A stretch of DNA of 64,000 nt from a virus, in the IMG/VR virus record IMGVR_UViG_3300008267_000040, positions 39,629 through 103,628 of that record; one strand, written 5' to 3'. Position numbers and translations under genes: made by a program. Below the pieces are notes generated by a model. The model did not search any database and was not told where the DNA came from. It saw nothing but the letters and a program-made list of their open reading frames with translations. Below are positions 10,601-21,654 of the stretch, piece by piece. Within the stretch, counting starts at the first letter, position 1. Every line of letters starts with the position of its first letter.

Positions 10601-13600
10601 TCCAAAGAATCTTGAATCTGCTTGGTTTTCCAAACTAGCAGTATCAACATTTAAAATAGTTGTTGTTGATGAATATGAACCAGACAATGAACTTGTTGGA
10701 TTATATGGATTTTCCTTATAGAATTCTGTTGGTTGATTGTAAGGTCCATATTTGTGATTTTGCTTAGCAAGTCTAAATGTAATTGCACGATTTACTCCAG
10801 TGACTGGCATAAATCCAGTTATAGTTTCACCTTCAATAAAGGTTCCGCTAGTCATTCTAACTTCAAGAAGTTTAGGGACCATGAATGTGGTCATGTCCCT
10901 ATTGTCAAAGAATGCGTAGAATCTTGTTGATGGTTTTAATCTTCTTGCTAAAATTTCAATATTTCTAGACCTCATTAAGGTTAGGATTGCTCTAGATACA
11001 ACTCTGTCCCCAAGACTAGTTGTATCAAATCTTTCACTGACTCCAAATTGTATACCCTGCCTAGTTTGTTCTGTTCTTGTTGTTACTGTATTATTTCTAA
11101 ATTGAGTTAAGGAATCTTGGAAAATATCAGTAGTTGTAATTACATCCCCAGAAGATACTGTTGTTGAAGATAATAAAGTTGATGGATTTTGTATCTGTGT
11201 GATTACAGGACCTTCAACGGTTGAAGTTCCTGTCCAGTTTGTTTCCCATGCATTCCAATTAATTGGAGATAGACCAGTATTGGTATCAACTCCAAGCATT
11301 TGAATTGCTGTATTATAATTTCCCTCTACATCCTGAGTTCTTTCAGTTTTTCTTGTTTCTATCCAAGTGTCTGTAGATGGATTCAATTCAATAGTTCCAA
11401 TCCAACTTGGGGTATTAAATGGATTTACATTTTCTGTTCTAGTTGCAAATCTATTTTCTGTATAAACTACATCAGTATAATCTAAACAAACAATATCACC
11501 GATACGTTTTACATTTTTGGAACCAAGATCATTAGCAAATCTTAAATCCACATTTGGATTAGATGTTGTTCCAATACCAATGACTGCCTCAGACCCAAGT
11601 ATTAAATCAACGGAAGTTGTATAATGTTGGGGTCTTAGAACACCGAGTGCTGTGTCTACACTTGCTTTATATGATTGATTTGCAATGTCTCCACCATTAT
11701 ATGATTTAAAATTATCTACAAAAAATCCAGATTTGAATTTATCAAGACCAGTTTGTGGGTCTCTGATAGAAAGATTTTTAGTATCTGTTTCTAGTAGAGA
11801 CAGTGAACTATAATATTCTACGTTTGATAATCTATTTTCAAGTCTTGAGATATCTTTCATTGTATATCTCTTGTGACTGGAAAGAGAAACTCTAACATCT
11901 TTCATATCATAAAGATATGGTGGATAGTAGAAAGTTGCAATCTCTAATGCAGAATCTAAATTGTTTGGTGCCTTTGGGGAATTTGATGGAACACCATTAT
12001 TAATAATAAATGTTCCTTCTTTAGTTAGGAACAGTTTATCTATTCTTGGTAGATAATAATTGTAAGAAAGATTTATTGTCTTATCTTTAGTGAAAATATG
12101 ATTTGATGCATTTGCATTTAATGAGAATCTTCTAGATGAATATTCAAAAGGAGATTTTGTAGCAGTTGAAGCATCAAATTGCGAAACTCTTGGTCTTAAA
12201 TCAATAATATCAGTGTTTCTGTATCCATCGATAATTGGTACGTCTTTACTGTATCTATCTTTATCAAATGAATCTGCAGAAACAAAATCACCAGGGTCAG
12301 AAGAATTAATTGTATAGTTATTAAATATAACTTTTATTTTTTTAGTAGGCGATGAAACTTCTTTTTTTCTAATTATTCTTGAATAATCGTAGTATTCTGG
12401 TCTTTGACCATTATCCAAGATATAATTATCTTTAATATTTTTATCACCAATGGAAACAGCATTAATAGTACCAGAGATATTGGTCTCTGAAGATGTTACT
12501 CTTTCACCTAATGAAAATCTATTTTCATTTAAGTAAACAATCTCAATGCTGTTTACTCCATCATTTCCAACATAAGCAGCAACAGCACCACTGGTACTTC
12601 CAATTATTCTTTCACCTTTTATGAAGTTATTTAAACTTGAATTTAAAGATGTGAAATAGATTCTTGGAAGTGATGGTTCTGATGTTGTTGAAGATTCATA
12701 AATTCCAAGAATGTTAACAACATCTGGAACATTTAAAGATATTGCTTTATCTTGAACTCTAAGACCATATGGTTTTCTGTAAGTAAGACCATCATTTAAT
12801 GTAGTTTTTCCAATTCCAGACGAAATTAACGATGAACCATCAATAATTATGCTTGAGCATCTGTTGAATAGTTTTTTCTTTAGTTTTGTATTTACTTTTT
12901 TATATGTTACGGTTAATATTGCTTGTCCATTTTGACTTAGATTAACTAAGCTAACAGTTCTTCCAGAAACATAGACTTTTTGATTATCCAGAGATTCTAT
13001 ATTTCCATTTGAAACATATGAAAGACTGTAATCTTCTTCGTCAAATGGTTCTAAAGTTAGGTCAACGTTTGTTTCCAGATTACCATTAAATGAATTGCTG
13101 ACTACTGTAATGACATATGATTTTCTTATAGAAATATCTGATGAACTTAAGTCTAAATTGGAAATATTATTATTGCCAAGTTTAGCATACAAGAATGCAT
13201 TAGATGTATTTAAAACATCTAATGTCACTTTTTTGAAGTCATTGGCAGTAATTACAGTAGAAGGTAATGTTCCATCAGAAACACCAGGAACTGTATTGGT
13301 TGGTACTAAAATTAGTTTTTTCTCTGAAGTATCAATACTTACAACTTCATTGTAGGTTGGTACAACATTTCCTTGCTTTGTATAAGAAACAATATCACCA
13401 GTTTTTATACCAACATAAAAATTGTTAGTTGAAGTTGTTACTGTACTGATTCCTGATGCCCCACTAGTGATAGTATATTGAACACCAGATTCTGTTAGGG
13501 ATATTTTTTTGTTTAAAATTGGATCAGCAGTAAAAGAACCAATTCCAGCAGCAGTGTTTATACCAACAATTTGATGAACATCTGTTAGATTATAATCCCT

Positions 13601-15205
13601 AACTCTTGTTATGACTCTTCCATCTTCTATGCCGTCAATTATTAAACCTTCATCTTGCTTGAAAGAACCAGAAACTTGATATAATTTAACTATATTTGAA
13701 TTGATTACATCAGAAACAACATATCCACTAGAAGAGCTATACTTTCCTTCAATAAATGTGGATGCACTTAAAGTTATTGAAGCACTTAATTCTATAACTG
13801 TATATGTTTGAATATCATAAAGTGAACAATCAAATTCACTTAATGTATTTGCATATCCAGCATTTCTTAGTTTTAAATCATAAACTCTTGCTACACCAAT
13901 TTTTTCTCCAGACGCAAGACCAGGAGTTTGTGTTCTTCCAGAATAAAGAGAAATTTGAGATGTAGACCCAAAACCAACAGGAAGAGAACCAAAAACATTA
14001 TTTACTAAAATTTGTCTACCAACACTGAATGGTATGGATTGATTGACTACTTTTTCTGTAGTTCTTGGTTTTTGAAAATCTACAATAGTAGTATCAATAG
14101 TTTCAATGTCGTATCCTCTTACAACTGCCTTTCCTGGTGAAACTAATATACAACCTACAGAATCATTTGGTACATTGCCTTGCTTTGTTTGTTGATTTTC
14201 TACAAACAAACCGTTGTTGCCAATTTGATCATTTAAAGATTCTTTTAGTGAAATATTAAATGGTCTTACATAATAATCACCAGACTCATCATAAGTTCTT
14301 CTTGCCAGTTCATCCTTAATTAAATCATAATTAGTAGTTTTGACAAATTTTTGTAGGACACCTTTTTCTGCACGTAGTAATTCTACAAAATTTTCATCAT
14401 TAAAATCACTTAACTCTTTCTTAATTAAAGTTACATCAAACTTTAATCTATCTGCACCAGGTGCAGAAAAGTTAGAAAATCCTTGAGCATTATCAAACAA
14501 ATCATTATACGAGTTTGATGCTACTGCTAATTCTTCATTAATAAGTAATCCAACTCTATACGAAGGTGAGTTTGAGTATTGGTCTAATATTACAGTTTGT
14601 GGTTCTACAGTCACAAAGAAACCACGAATAAAATATACACCAGATGCTATTTTTGCTGCGGAACCAATAGCAGTTGAATTTGAGATAATTGAAGTAGCAA
14701 AAGAAGAACCACCTCTAATAGCAGAAATTCCATAAGTTATATCATTAACTGCTAGTAAATTTTCACCATCAATAAATGTATTGGTTGAAAAATTAGTGTC
14801 ACTTGAACTTTGGTACTTAATATAAAGAGTATAGTTTTTTCTATCTGAAGTTGAATTTGAAATATAATTTTCTACTTTTGCAGTTACACCACTAGATTCA
14901 CCTTTAATTAATTTTCCAACTAAACTACTAATGTACAAAGATACTGGTATCCCAAGATGAGTTTCGTCAATCTGGACGCAAGTATAATTTGAATCATAAG
15001 AAATTTGTCCAGGAATAACCATTGCACCTTCTTTGAAGAAGTGCTGTCCAAACTTCTCAATTTGATTTTGGAGAATTGTCTGTAGTGTAGTTAATTCTCT
15101 TGCTTGTATTGGAGTTGCTGGTTTAAATAGAACTCTTTGATAATTTTTCTTTGGATCAAAATCATCAAAGTATGGAGATACATTTAAATTAGTATTCTGA
15201 GGCAT
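7655..15205 (-). CDS. VrlC-like / DUF4815 large virion structural protein
   Basis: 2516 aa. MPQNTNLNVSPYFDDFD...VLFKP...QARELTTLQ N-terminus, FKSGFFVDNF, DPLAQTF, C-terminal PKIKDLRAIA. Confidence 0.85.
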   Translation of the reverse strand: MPQNTNLNVSPYFDDFDPKKNYQRVLFKPATPIQARELTTLQTILQNQIEKFGQHFFKEGAMVIPGQISYDSNYTCVQIDETHLGIPVSLYISSLVGKLIKGESSGVTAKVENYISNSTSDRKNYTLYIKYQSSSDTNFSTNTFIDGENLLAVNDITYGISAIRGGSSFATSIISNSTAIGSAAKIASGVYFIRGFFVTVEPQTVILDQYSNSPSYRVGLLINEELAVASNSYNDLFDNAQGFSNFSAPGADRLKFDVTLIKKELSDFNDENFVELLRAEKGVLQKFVKTTNYDLIKDELARRTYDESGDYYVRPFNISLKESLNDQIGNNGLFVENQQTKQGNVPNDSVGCILVSPGKAVVRGYDIETIDTTIVDFQKPRTTEKVVNQSIPFSVGRQILVNNVFGSLPVGFGSTSQISLYSGRTQTPGLASGEKIGVARVYDLKLRNAGYANTLSEFDCSLYDIQTYTVIELSASITLSASTFIEGKYSSSSGYVVSDVINSNIVKLYQVSGSFKQDEGLIIDGIEDGRVITRVRDYNLTDVHQIVGINTAAGIGSFTADPILNKKISLTESGVQYTITSGASGISTVTTSTNNFYVGIKTGDIVSYTKQGNVVPTYNEVVSIDTSEKKLILVPTNTVPGVSDGTLPSTVITANDFKKVTLDVLNTSNAFLYAKLGNNNISNLDLSSSDISIRKSYVITVVSNSFNGNLETNVDLTLEPFDEEDYSLSYVSNGNIESLDNQKVYVSGRTVSLVNLSQNGQAILTVTYKKVNTKLKKKLFNRCSSIIIDGSSLISSGIGKTTLNDGLTYRKPYGLRVQDKAISLNVPDVVNILGIYESSTTSEPSLPRIYFTSLNSSLNNFIKGERIIGSTSGAVAAYVGNDGVNSIEIVYLNENRFSLGERVTSSETNISGTINAVSIGDKNIKDNYILDNGQRPEYYDYSRIIRKKEVSSPTKKIKVIFNNYTINSSDPGDFVSADSFDKDRYSKDVPIIDGYRNTDIIDLRPRVSQFDASTATKSPFEYSSRRFSLNANASNHIFTKDKTINLSYNYYLPRIDKLFLTKEGTFIINNGVPSNSPKAPNNLDSALEIATFYYPPYLYDMKDVRVSLSSHKRYTMKDISRLENRLSNVEYYSSLSLLETDTKNLSIRDPQTGLDKFKSGFFVDNFKSYNGGDIANQSYKASVDTALGVLRPQHYTTSVDLILGSEAVIGIGTTSNPNVDLRFANDLGSKNVKRIGDIVCLDYTDVVYTENRFATRTENVNPFNTPSWIGTIELNPSTDTWIETRKTERTQDVEGNYNTAIQMLGVDTNTGLSPINWNAWETNWTGTSTVEGPVITQIQNPSTLLSSTTVSSGDVITTTDIFQDSLTQFRNNTVTTRTEQTRQGIQFGVSERFDTTSLGDRVVSRAILTLMRSRNIEILARRLKPSTRFYAFFDNRDMTTFMVPKLLEVRMTSGTFIEGETITGFMPVTGVNRAITFRLAKQNHKYGPYNQPTEFYKENPYNPTSSLSGSYSSTTTILNVDTASLENQADSRFFGSVAPSMQLVGALSNAIATVTDIRLVTDSSGTFIGALFIPDPTIPSNPTFESGTKTLSLTTSSTNSTIGGSVDSIAEANFTSSGTVDNVESLTLRVRNADIERNIRTDSRTLTETEDRLVANTTLTNRSVISTRVIQRRWVDPLAQTFEVNDNNGVFITKCEIFFRTKDEANIPITLQLRTSYLGLPSQEILPFGEVVLNPDQITISEDASVSTTFTFPAPVFLESGNDYAIVLISNSNSYNVWISRMTEVDVSTINKPEAEKIIVSQQPTLGSLFKSQNGATWEPSQLEDLKFILHRAEFTSTTGSFRFYNPDLGVGNRQIASLRPNPIVAYSKKILVGLSGTLSTYDITNLVPGTTILQSNYPNFSGKLSSIVGAVGINSNLSITNPGVGYTENTVYNNLPLTTLSGRGSGAKVNLTIQSGVAIAATVSIGGTGYAIGDTLTVPSSQTGGFGRNLVLTIPNLVGIISSFNSLIIDQVQDEINTSNVANEISYVNPSNGISTISNGLVNYSELLTDGLHFKVNHNNHGMYSDTNLVTLYGIESDVPPQKLVSDFNQAATGSIQVSSVGIFTSFENIGISSDNPGYIKVNNEIIRYTGYDSDANTLTGITRGIDIDNPGVFNVTVIPYHFSGSPVFKYEFNGISLRRINRTHSFADVDTNKYPITLDSYHIKVKTDEKGKDRRFGPPQLFFSETKTGGTYDLNVGSSGANTISGPKASQNIQFDSLRPNIQSLLPETTSLDAKIRTVTGKSVNGTELPFSAREFESISLNSNNYFDNPRIIASRVNEVANLQSYLGYKSFVMEMTLSTSDTKVSPIIDLDRVNIITTMNRLDRPVANYVTDPRVNSLYDDPTSAIYISKVIRLQKGADSLKVYFDAYRDVSNEIIVMYRLLRSDTPDDQQLFELFPGFRNVDLNGNVIDPKNNDGTPDINVLPSSSESEYRSYEYTAKDLPLFNGFQIKIIMAGKNQSVVPKIKDLRAIAVL

Positions 15206-15211
15206 TTTTCT

Positions 15212-16777
15212 TTAGAACTCCAATACGATTTTAATATCTTCTTTTTGGCTTGCTGATCTTGGAATTGCCTTTCTGTTATCGATATAAATTATATCACCAG
15301 ATTTTTTGTTATATTCTGCCGATGATATTCCAGCAACAAAATTGCTTCCCAACTGGTATGTCCTACTATTTATTACTGTACTAATACCCGTAAAGTTTCT
15401 ATCAATTGATAATGCTGGACCAACAATATTAGGACAATTTATTGTATACGAACCACCAGCAATAGCAGATGAGGTAAATCCATAAATTCTGTATCCAACA
15501 CCAACTGTAGCAAGACCAACTGGTTGATAATATTTTAAAACACCAGTTACATTATCCCAAGAAGCAACAAATCCAATTGCTGTCATACCTGTACCAATTG
15601 TTTGCCTAATTACAGAGTCTACTGGATATGTAGTTTGAGTTGTTAATCCAGAAAGTTTTATAGAATTTAAAGCACTTACCTGCCCTAAACTCAATCTTTC
15701 TGTATCACTACCAAAAATTGTTGGATTTTTTATAATTCCGATTCTGGCAAAATCGTTTCCAAGAATAATATCTGGATTTTGTTCATCGGTTAGATATCTG
15801 GAATAAACCAACACTCGATATGCACCAAGTTCTCTGTAAATATTATATCCATGTCCTCCTTTTGGTGGAATAATAACATCAAATGTCGCAATTCTTCCAT
15901 CATTTGACAATTCTGATGGAATTCCAGGAGCACCAGGTTGGAATTTGATAATACCTTTTGTGTAACCAGATCCACCATCTGTAACAAAGACTTCAGACAC
16001 TTTTCCAAAAGAATCTACTGTTATTGTTGCCTTTCCTCCAACTCCATCACCAAGAATTGGAATATTTGTAAATGATTTTGAAATGGGTTGATAATTTATT
16101 CCTCTATCTGTGATAGTAACAATCTCAACTTTACCATTAACTGCATTATTTTTTGTTGCAATAGTCTCACCAACTTCTCCCCAACTTTCTGGGACTGGAA
16201 TGAATTCAATAGAATCAAATTTCACAATTTCAGATGGTTTAATTGTGAATAGATATTTCCAAATATACCCATCACCACTTGTTCCTGCTGGTCTTGCCTC
16301 TAAGTCAATAAATGTTGGTTGGTCAAATGATGGTCTTCCATTTGGGTTTTCTGGATCAGTTCCATTTTGAAGACAAATATAAACTCTAAAATCTTCATTA
16401 ATTACATAAAAATTTGATTCGTATAAACTTGGTTGATTCGTTACTGGAGTTTTCTTATAAATTGAATAATCATGTCTGTACATTTCATAAGTTGTTCCAG
16501 AAGTCCACTGGACTTTTCTAATCATCCTCCTTACATCTTCATTTGTAATTTTTTTCATAGCAATGATGGTTTCTTTGACCTGATTTTCTTCGTCAAATCC
16601 GTCCAATGGAGTCAATCCATCACCCCAAATAGCAGATCCACCTGCCTGTGGATTTAAACTATTTGGTTGACCAATAAAGGTATAATAATTATTTGCAGTA
16701 TTACCAACTGAAACTAGACTTTTTACAAAGGTTTCAGCATTCATCACCCTAAATTGTTCAGTTATGATAGCAGGCAT
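15212..16777 (-). CDS. gp8: Baseplate wedge subunit gp8
   Basis: MPAIITEQFRVMNAETF...YEMYRHDY...VYICLQNG...DGYIWKYLF...YIDNRKAIPRSASQKEDIKIVLEF. Confidence 0.9.
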   Translation of the reverse strand: MPAIITEQFRVMNAETFVKSLVSVGNTANNYYTFIGQPNSLNPQAGGSAIWGDGLTPLDGFDEENQVKETIIAMKKITNEDVRRMIRKVQWTSGTTYEMYRHDYSIYKKTPVTNQPSLYESNFYVINEDFRVYICLQNGTDPENPNGRPSFDQPTFIDLEARPAGTSGDGYIWKYLFTIKPSEIVKFDSIEFIPVPESWGEVGETIATKNNAVNGKVEIVTITDRGINYQPISKSFTNIPILGDGVGGKATITVDSFGKVSEVFVTDGGSGYTKGIIKFQPGAPGIPSELSNDGRIATFDVIIPPKGGHGYNIYRELGAYRVLVYSRYLTDEQNPDIILGNDFARIGIIKNPTIFGSDTERLSLGQVSALNSIKLSGLTTQTTYPVDSVIRQTIGTGMTAIGFVASWDNVTGVLKYYQPVGLATVGVGYRIYGFTSSAIAGGSYTINCPNIVGPALSIDRNFTGISTVINSRTYQLGSNFVAGISSAEYNKKSGDIIYIDNRKAIPRSASQKEDIKIVLEF

Positions 16778-16807
16778 TTTATACAACCGTTTTTTCTTTA
16801 TTTAGTT

Positions 16808-19800
16808 CTATTTTAGACCACGAGTTCTATATACGTCTGGAGCAGTTGATAATCCAATCAATCCATTATTGGTATTTACGGGGAAATTTCTTGGTTGGAA
16901 TCTTGTTCTATTTTGGAAATCATAAATCTTGCCCCAAGTATATTTTCCATAAATTCCATTTTCATTAGTGTTAGTATCTACTTGGATTGGAATGTTTCCT
17001 GGTCCAGTTGTAAAGTAGCATCTTACTGTAACTATTCCAGAAACAGCAGGTGAAACTGTGCCAACTCTATAAACACCATCAAGATACGAAGTTGCAGTTC
17101 CAACTCTTGATGCTGGATAATTATTCATTCCCCCCATTGAAGTAGTAATTCCAGTTAATGCATGACCAACTGTAGAATTGCTATTGTAAATTACAAAATA
17201 ATCATTTACTTCTAATTGACTATTTGTTACTCCAAATGTATTCAGTGAGGAATAACCAATACCCAAAGTTACATTATCATATTGCTCACTCTTCAGTACA
17301 AAATCAATATGAGTAGCACCAACACCAACATAAGTAATTACACCAAAATCACCTTTAGATTTGATTGAATATATCTTTTCACTAACTGCATCATCACCTT
17401 CAAGAAGAACTGGTGGTGGAGTTGATTGCGAATAACCAAATCCAGGATTTACAACTCGAATTGAAGACACAGCACCATTTGATACTGTGGAAACTCCTGT
17501 TGCTCTGTTGTAAATTGGTTCAGCATACATTGTGGTTCCAGAAGTTCCAACGAGTAAATATCTACCCTCTTCAGCAATAATTGGTCCAATTGGTCTTATT
17601 TCTGGAGGTAATGGAGCAGGTATAAATGCAAGATCTTTTACTACATTGTTCTGGTTTGTTAACCTTTGTGTCCAATATTGTAAATCCAAGGAGAATAGTA
17701 ATTGATTTGTGCCAGTTAAAGCAACATATACACCATACTCGTATTTTATATTAATTAGGTCATCTGATATATTTGGAATTATTCTTTCCCAACCAGTATT
17801 TCCAGTTGTAGAAACAAAAATTGTTGCATTTTGTCCAACAGCAACAAATTGAGTTCCTGTCCATATAACTTTTTCAAAATTTCTGGTTGTTGGTAAAGAA
17901 ACAATTCTGTCCCAAATATTTCCATTAGTAGAATGAATAATTGTTCCACTATCACCAACGACAACAAATCTTGCGTCATTGTTGGCAACACCATTTAAAT
18001 TAGTAAACACTGGTGGATTTTTCTTAAAGAATGCAGTTGTTCCAATTCCTACACCAGTAAATAGACCAATTCCATCACCAACTGCAACAGCAGTCCTTCT
18101 CAATGAGGAATAACTAATATCATTAAATGTATTGTAATAACTACTAAAATTGATGATAGGATCTGGAAGACCAACGACAACCTGCTCTTCAAGTAATTTT
18201 ATTTCTGTCCATGCAGATAAAGTTGTATTAATACCAACTGATGTTGCAATCTTTGCAAATTCACCAACAACATAATAACGATTAGGTTCTGCAACAGATA
18301 CGGAGTTGAAAGATATTGTCTGTCCATAACCTATGGATGATTGGGACCATTCTATTCCATTTGTAGATATTGCAACTATTCCACTTGAACCAACAGAAAC
18401 AATTGGATTTCCTATTACAACTTTATTTAAAGTATAAGAAGAAGATATTCCATTGTTTGACCCTTTCCAGTTATAAATTGGGTCTTTTCTTTGTATGAAT
18501 GCTGAAGATATTGCAACAATTGGATTTGTTAATGTATTATAACCAGTTCCTGCATACGAAATAGATAGACTCGAAATTGTTGACGCAGAAGAAACAATAG
18601 CAGTAGATATTGCTGGTTGAATATCATTTACATCTACAATAATAACATCTCTTAAGTTTTCACTCAGTAAATCAACCTCACTGAAAAGTGGGAATGCATT
18701 ATTAACGTATATCTTTTCATCTTCGGAGAAAACATTTGCAATTAACTTTGTATTTGGGGTTATTCTTGATTTTAAGTCTGGTCTGGATTTGGAATATAAG
18801 ACACCATTGATAATTCTATCTACAGTTTGCTTTGCCCATCTCAATGGCCTTTCTTTTGTTACATCGGTGTTTATGCCAATGCTATCATATGTAAATGTAT
18901 CTAAAGCATCAGAGGATACAATCTTTTTGACAATTCTTTCAAATTGTGGTCTATCTCCAGGGTCTAAAATATTTTCTCCAATTTGTATGGTATCACCTTC
19001 TTTTATTGTTTTTGGTGGGTCAATTTGTTCAACATCTAAGTCAGATCCTCTAAAGAATAGTATGGTGCATTTTGAATTTTCTTTTGGTGCTTCAGTAAAA
19101 GTAAGTCTAGATCCGTTAAATGTGTATGATTTTATTGGTTCCTGCAATACATCATTTATAAACACAAATAGATTATTTTCAATCTGAACATCTGTGCTAG
19201 GGTCAGATTTTAGACTCAATACTTCTGTTGTTCCTCCTTGAGATATGGTCAGTGTGAATTTTTTCTTTGAACCAGTAAAGTATTTTGCTATGTCATCAAA
19301 TTGTATAAATTGACCTGGATAGAAACCACTAAACTTATCTGTCAGTGTTTCCTCTACTGTAATTCTAAACTCACTAAATCCAATTCCAATTGATGGATTT
19401 GTTGTTACACCAACTACTTTTAATACATCACCTACCTTATAATATAATCCTGGTTCTTCAATATCAAATCCAATTACATTTCCTTGATTTCCTACAATAA
19501 CTGAAGCCTTTGCACCAAATCCATTTCCTGTGGACCCAGAAATATACTCTAAAGGCAAATCACTATAACTTGATGGAATTCCAATTAATACTCTTGGAAC
19601 TGGTGATGTTGTATATCCAGTTCCTGGATTGACAATGGAAATTGATGTAATAGTTCCTCCAGTTCCTATTATTGCAACTAAAGAAGCACCAGTACCGACA
19701 TTTGATAAAATTTCAATTTTTGGTGGAGTCCTATACCCACTACCGAAACCTTTTATAGTTACTGCTGATATTGTTCCTGCAGCAGAAACTGTTACTGTTG

Positions 19801-21649
19801 CACCAGCACCAACTAATGGTTGATAACCATATCCAGTAGTAATCCCAGTTCTAACAATTTTACCTGCGCCTGGTGTTCCAGTTAAGAATTTAATTCTATT
19901 TTTTGCTGGATTGTCAATAACAAAATCAGTATTTGATATCTGTGGAATATTATTAATTAGTACAATTGGATTATTATTAACATCAATTGAACTTGTTAAA
20001 ACTGTGTTGGTATTTGTATAAATTCCTACAATATCTTGATCATAATTCTGGAGGAAAAATTCTGTTGAAGAAGCACCAACAAATTTTGTCGATATGTCAT
20101 CGAAAATCACATTTTTATCATTTGGAGTTCCTGGGTCAAACTTTCTTGTGAATGCTCTTCCAGAAAAACTAGACGTTATTTTAAGTCCTTCATATCCAGA
20201 TGGTCCATATGGTGGTGTAGTGAAATGAATTTCATCTTTAGATATATTAAAATCACCTCTAAGGATAGTAACAGCAGCACCAACTGTATGATAACCAACC
20301 CTAGAACCCAAGTACCCTCTTGTTACATTGAAGGCATTTGTAGAACCTATTCCGATGGTATTAATTTTTAAATACTCAGAATCAATTTGGATTGTATCTA
20401 ATGATGTGATTGATGAGATTCCCGAAAGATAGATTATGTCTGTGGTGACACCAACTATTGAAACTAAAGATACAGATAAATCTCTCTTATATAAAGGACT
20501 TTGAATAATATTATCTACTGATATAATTGCACTAGCATTTGGATTATTAAATGTAAATGACTGATATCCTGTCCCATAAGAAATGATATCCAATTCATTT
20601 GATGTAGATAGTCCAGATACTTTATAATTATCATTGTCTATCTTAGAGACATACAATGTTGATGGTAATTTATCTGTTCCTAAAACCTTCGGAGTTAAAT
20701 ATAAATCATCAGCAGGAGTTACACCACCAACTGAAGAACCTAAAATTTTGATTTTATCTGTTAATGCATATCCAACACCACCATTTGCCACAGTGATGGA
20801 AGACACATCACCAAAAGAATTTCTAGATACATTAAATCTAGCACCAGAACCAAATCCAATTATTGTTGAACTTGGGAGATTTGAATATGAACTTCCTGCT
20901 TGACCAACAATCCTAGTGTTAGCAACAGAGGAAACAGTAAATGATAAATCATTTGTCGGACTTGTTCCATTCATAAAGGTTCCAGAAATTGAAACCGTAT
21001 CACCAACTGCATATCCTCTTCCACCTTCTCTCAAAACTAAAGATGTAGAAATAGGATATCCAGTAGATGAGTTGTAAACAATGAAGACATTGAACTTTGC
21101 TCCAGTTCCAACCCCACTTGTTGAGTATGCTGGGAATGGGTCAAAAAATCCGTAGAATCTATTTTGATTGAGGGAAAAATCTGGAGTTATTGAAGCAGAT
21201 GTTCCAACAATAGCAGTTGAGATAGCAACATTGTATCCATTCTCAAAAATTGAAGTCCCATTTCCACCTTCAACCTGCATGATGATTGAAGATTCCGTAG
21301 ATGCTACAGACAAATATGGAGCAGTATCTGGTCCTTTTCTGACTATCAATGAACTTTCAACATATGATGTAGTCGCAATTCCAACTTGTGTCCCCAAATC
21401 TTCAGTTGTTGGAAAATATCCAGATCCAGAATTTAAAATAGCAACTCTTCTAATTGAACCATCAACAATTACTGGATAAAATAAACCTTCAACAAGAGGC
21501 ACTTTTGTTCCAGATATTTCTATTTTTGGTGGGTCAGTTGATGCATAACCAGCACCACCATTTAAAACATCTATAGATGAAACACCATACTCTGAATTAA
21601 AGTTAGGTCTTAAAACAGCACCTGAACCTGGAACTTCTCTTGTTGACAT
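16808..21649 (-). CDS. Baseplate wedge initiator gp7-like protein, C-terminal part, with beta-propeller-like (BNR/Ycf48-type) repeats
   Basis: 1613 aa. Many GxGY repeats, FDDIAKYFTG modules, FVVVGDSGTIIHSTNGNIW propeller repeats. Lies directly upstream of gp8. Confidence 0.7.
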   Translation of the reverse strand: MSTREVPGSGAVLRPNFNSEYGVSSIDVLNGGAGYASTDPPKIEISGTKVPLVEGLFYPVIVDGSIRRVAILNSGSGYFPTTEDLGTQVGIATTSYVESSLIVRKGPDTAPYLSVASTESSIIMQVEGGNGTSIFENGYNVAISTAIVGTSASITPDFSLNQNRFYGFFDPFPAYSTSGVGTGAKFNVFIVYNSSTGYPISTSLVLREGGRGYAVGDTVSISGTFMNGTSPTNDLSFTVSSVANTRIVGQAGSSYSNLPSSTIIGFGSGARFNVSRNSFGDVSSITVANGGVGYALTDKIKILGSSVGGVTPADDLYLTPKVLGTDKLPSTLYVSKIDNDNYKVSGLSTSNELDIISYGTGYQSFTFNNPNASAIISVDNIIQSPLYKRDLSVSLVSIVGVTTDIIYLSGISSITSLDTIQIDSEYLKINTIGIGSTNAFNVTRGYLGSRVGYHTVGAAVTILRGDFNISKDEIHFTTPPYGPSGYEGLKITSSFSGRAFTRKFDPGTPNDKNVIFDDISTKFVGASSTEFFLQNYDQDIVGIYTNTNTVLTSSIDVNNNPIVLINNIPQISNTDFVIDNPAKNRIKFLTGTPGAGKIVRTGITTGYGYQPLVGAGATVTVSAAGTISAVTIKGFGSGYRTPPKIEILSNVGTGASLVAIIGTGGTITSISIVNPGTGYTTSPVPRVLIGIPSSYSDLPLEYISGSTGNGFGAKASVIVGNQGNVIGFDIEEPGLYYKVGDVLKVVGVTTNPSIGIGFSEFRITVEETLTDKFSGFYPGQFIQFDDIAKYFTGSKKKFTLTISQGGTTEVLSLKSDPSTDVQIENNLFVFINDVLQEPIKSYTFNGSRLTFTEAPKENSKCTILFFRGSDLDVEQIDPPKTIKEGDTIQIGENILDPGDRPQFERIVKKIVSSDALDTFTYDSIGINTDVTKERPLRWAKQTVDRIINGVLYSKSRPDLKSRITPNTKLIANVFSEDEKIYVNNAFPLFSEVDLLSENLRDVIIVDVNDIQPAISTAIVSSASTISSLSISYAGTGYNTLTNPIVAISSAFIQRKDPIYNWKGSNNGISSSYTLNKVVIGNPIVSVGSSGIVAISTNGIEWSQSSIGYGQTISFNSVSVAEPNRYYVVGEFAKIATSVGINTTLSAWTEIKLLEEQVVVGLPDPIINFSSYYNTFNDISYSSLRRTAVAVGDGIGLFTGVGIGTTAFFKKNPPVFTNLNGVANNDARFVVVGDSGTIIHSTNGNIWDRIVSLPTTRNFEKVIWTGTQFVAVGQNATIFVSTTGNTGWERIIPNISDDLINIKYEYGVYVALTGTNQLLFSLDLQYWTQRLTNQNNVVKDLAFIPAPLPPEIRPIGPIIAEEGRYLLVGTSGTTMYAEPIYNRATGVSTVSNGAVSSIRVVNPGFGYSQSTPPPVLLEGDDAVSEKIYSIKSKGDFGVITYVGVGATHIDFVLKSEQYDNVTLGIGYSSLNTFGVTNSQLEVNDYFVIYNSNSTVGHALTGITTSMGGMNNYPASRVGTATSYLDGVYRVGTVSPAVSGIVTVRCYFTTGPGNIPIQVDTNTNENGIYGKYTWGKIYDFQNRTRFQPRNFPVNTNNGLIGLSTAPDVYRTRGLK

Positions 21650-21654
21650 ATTTT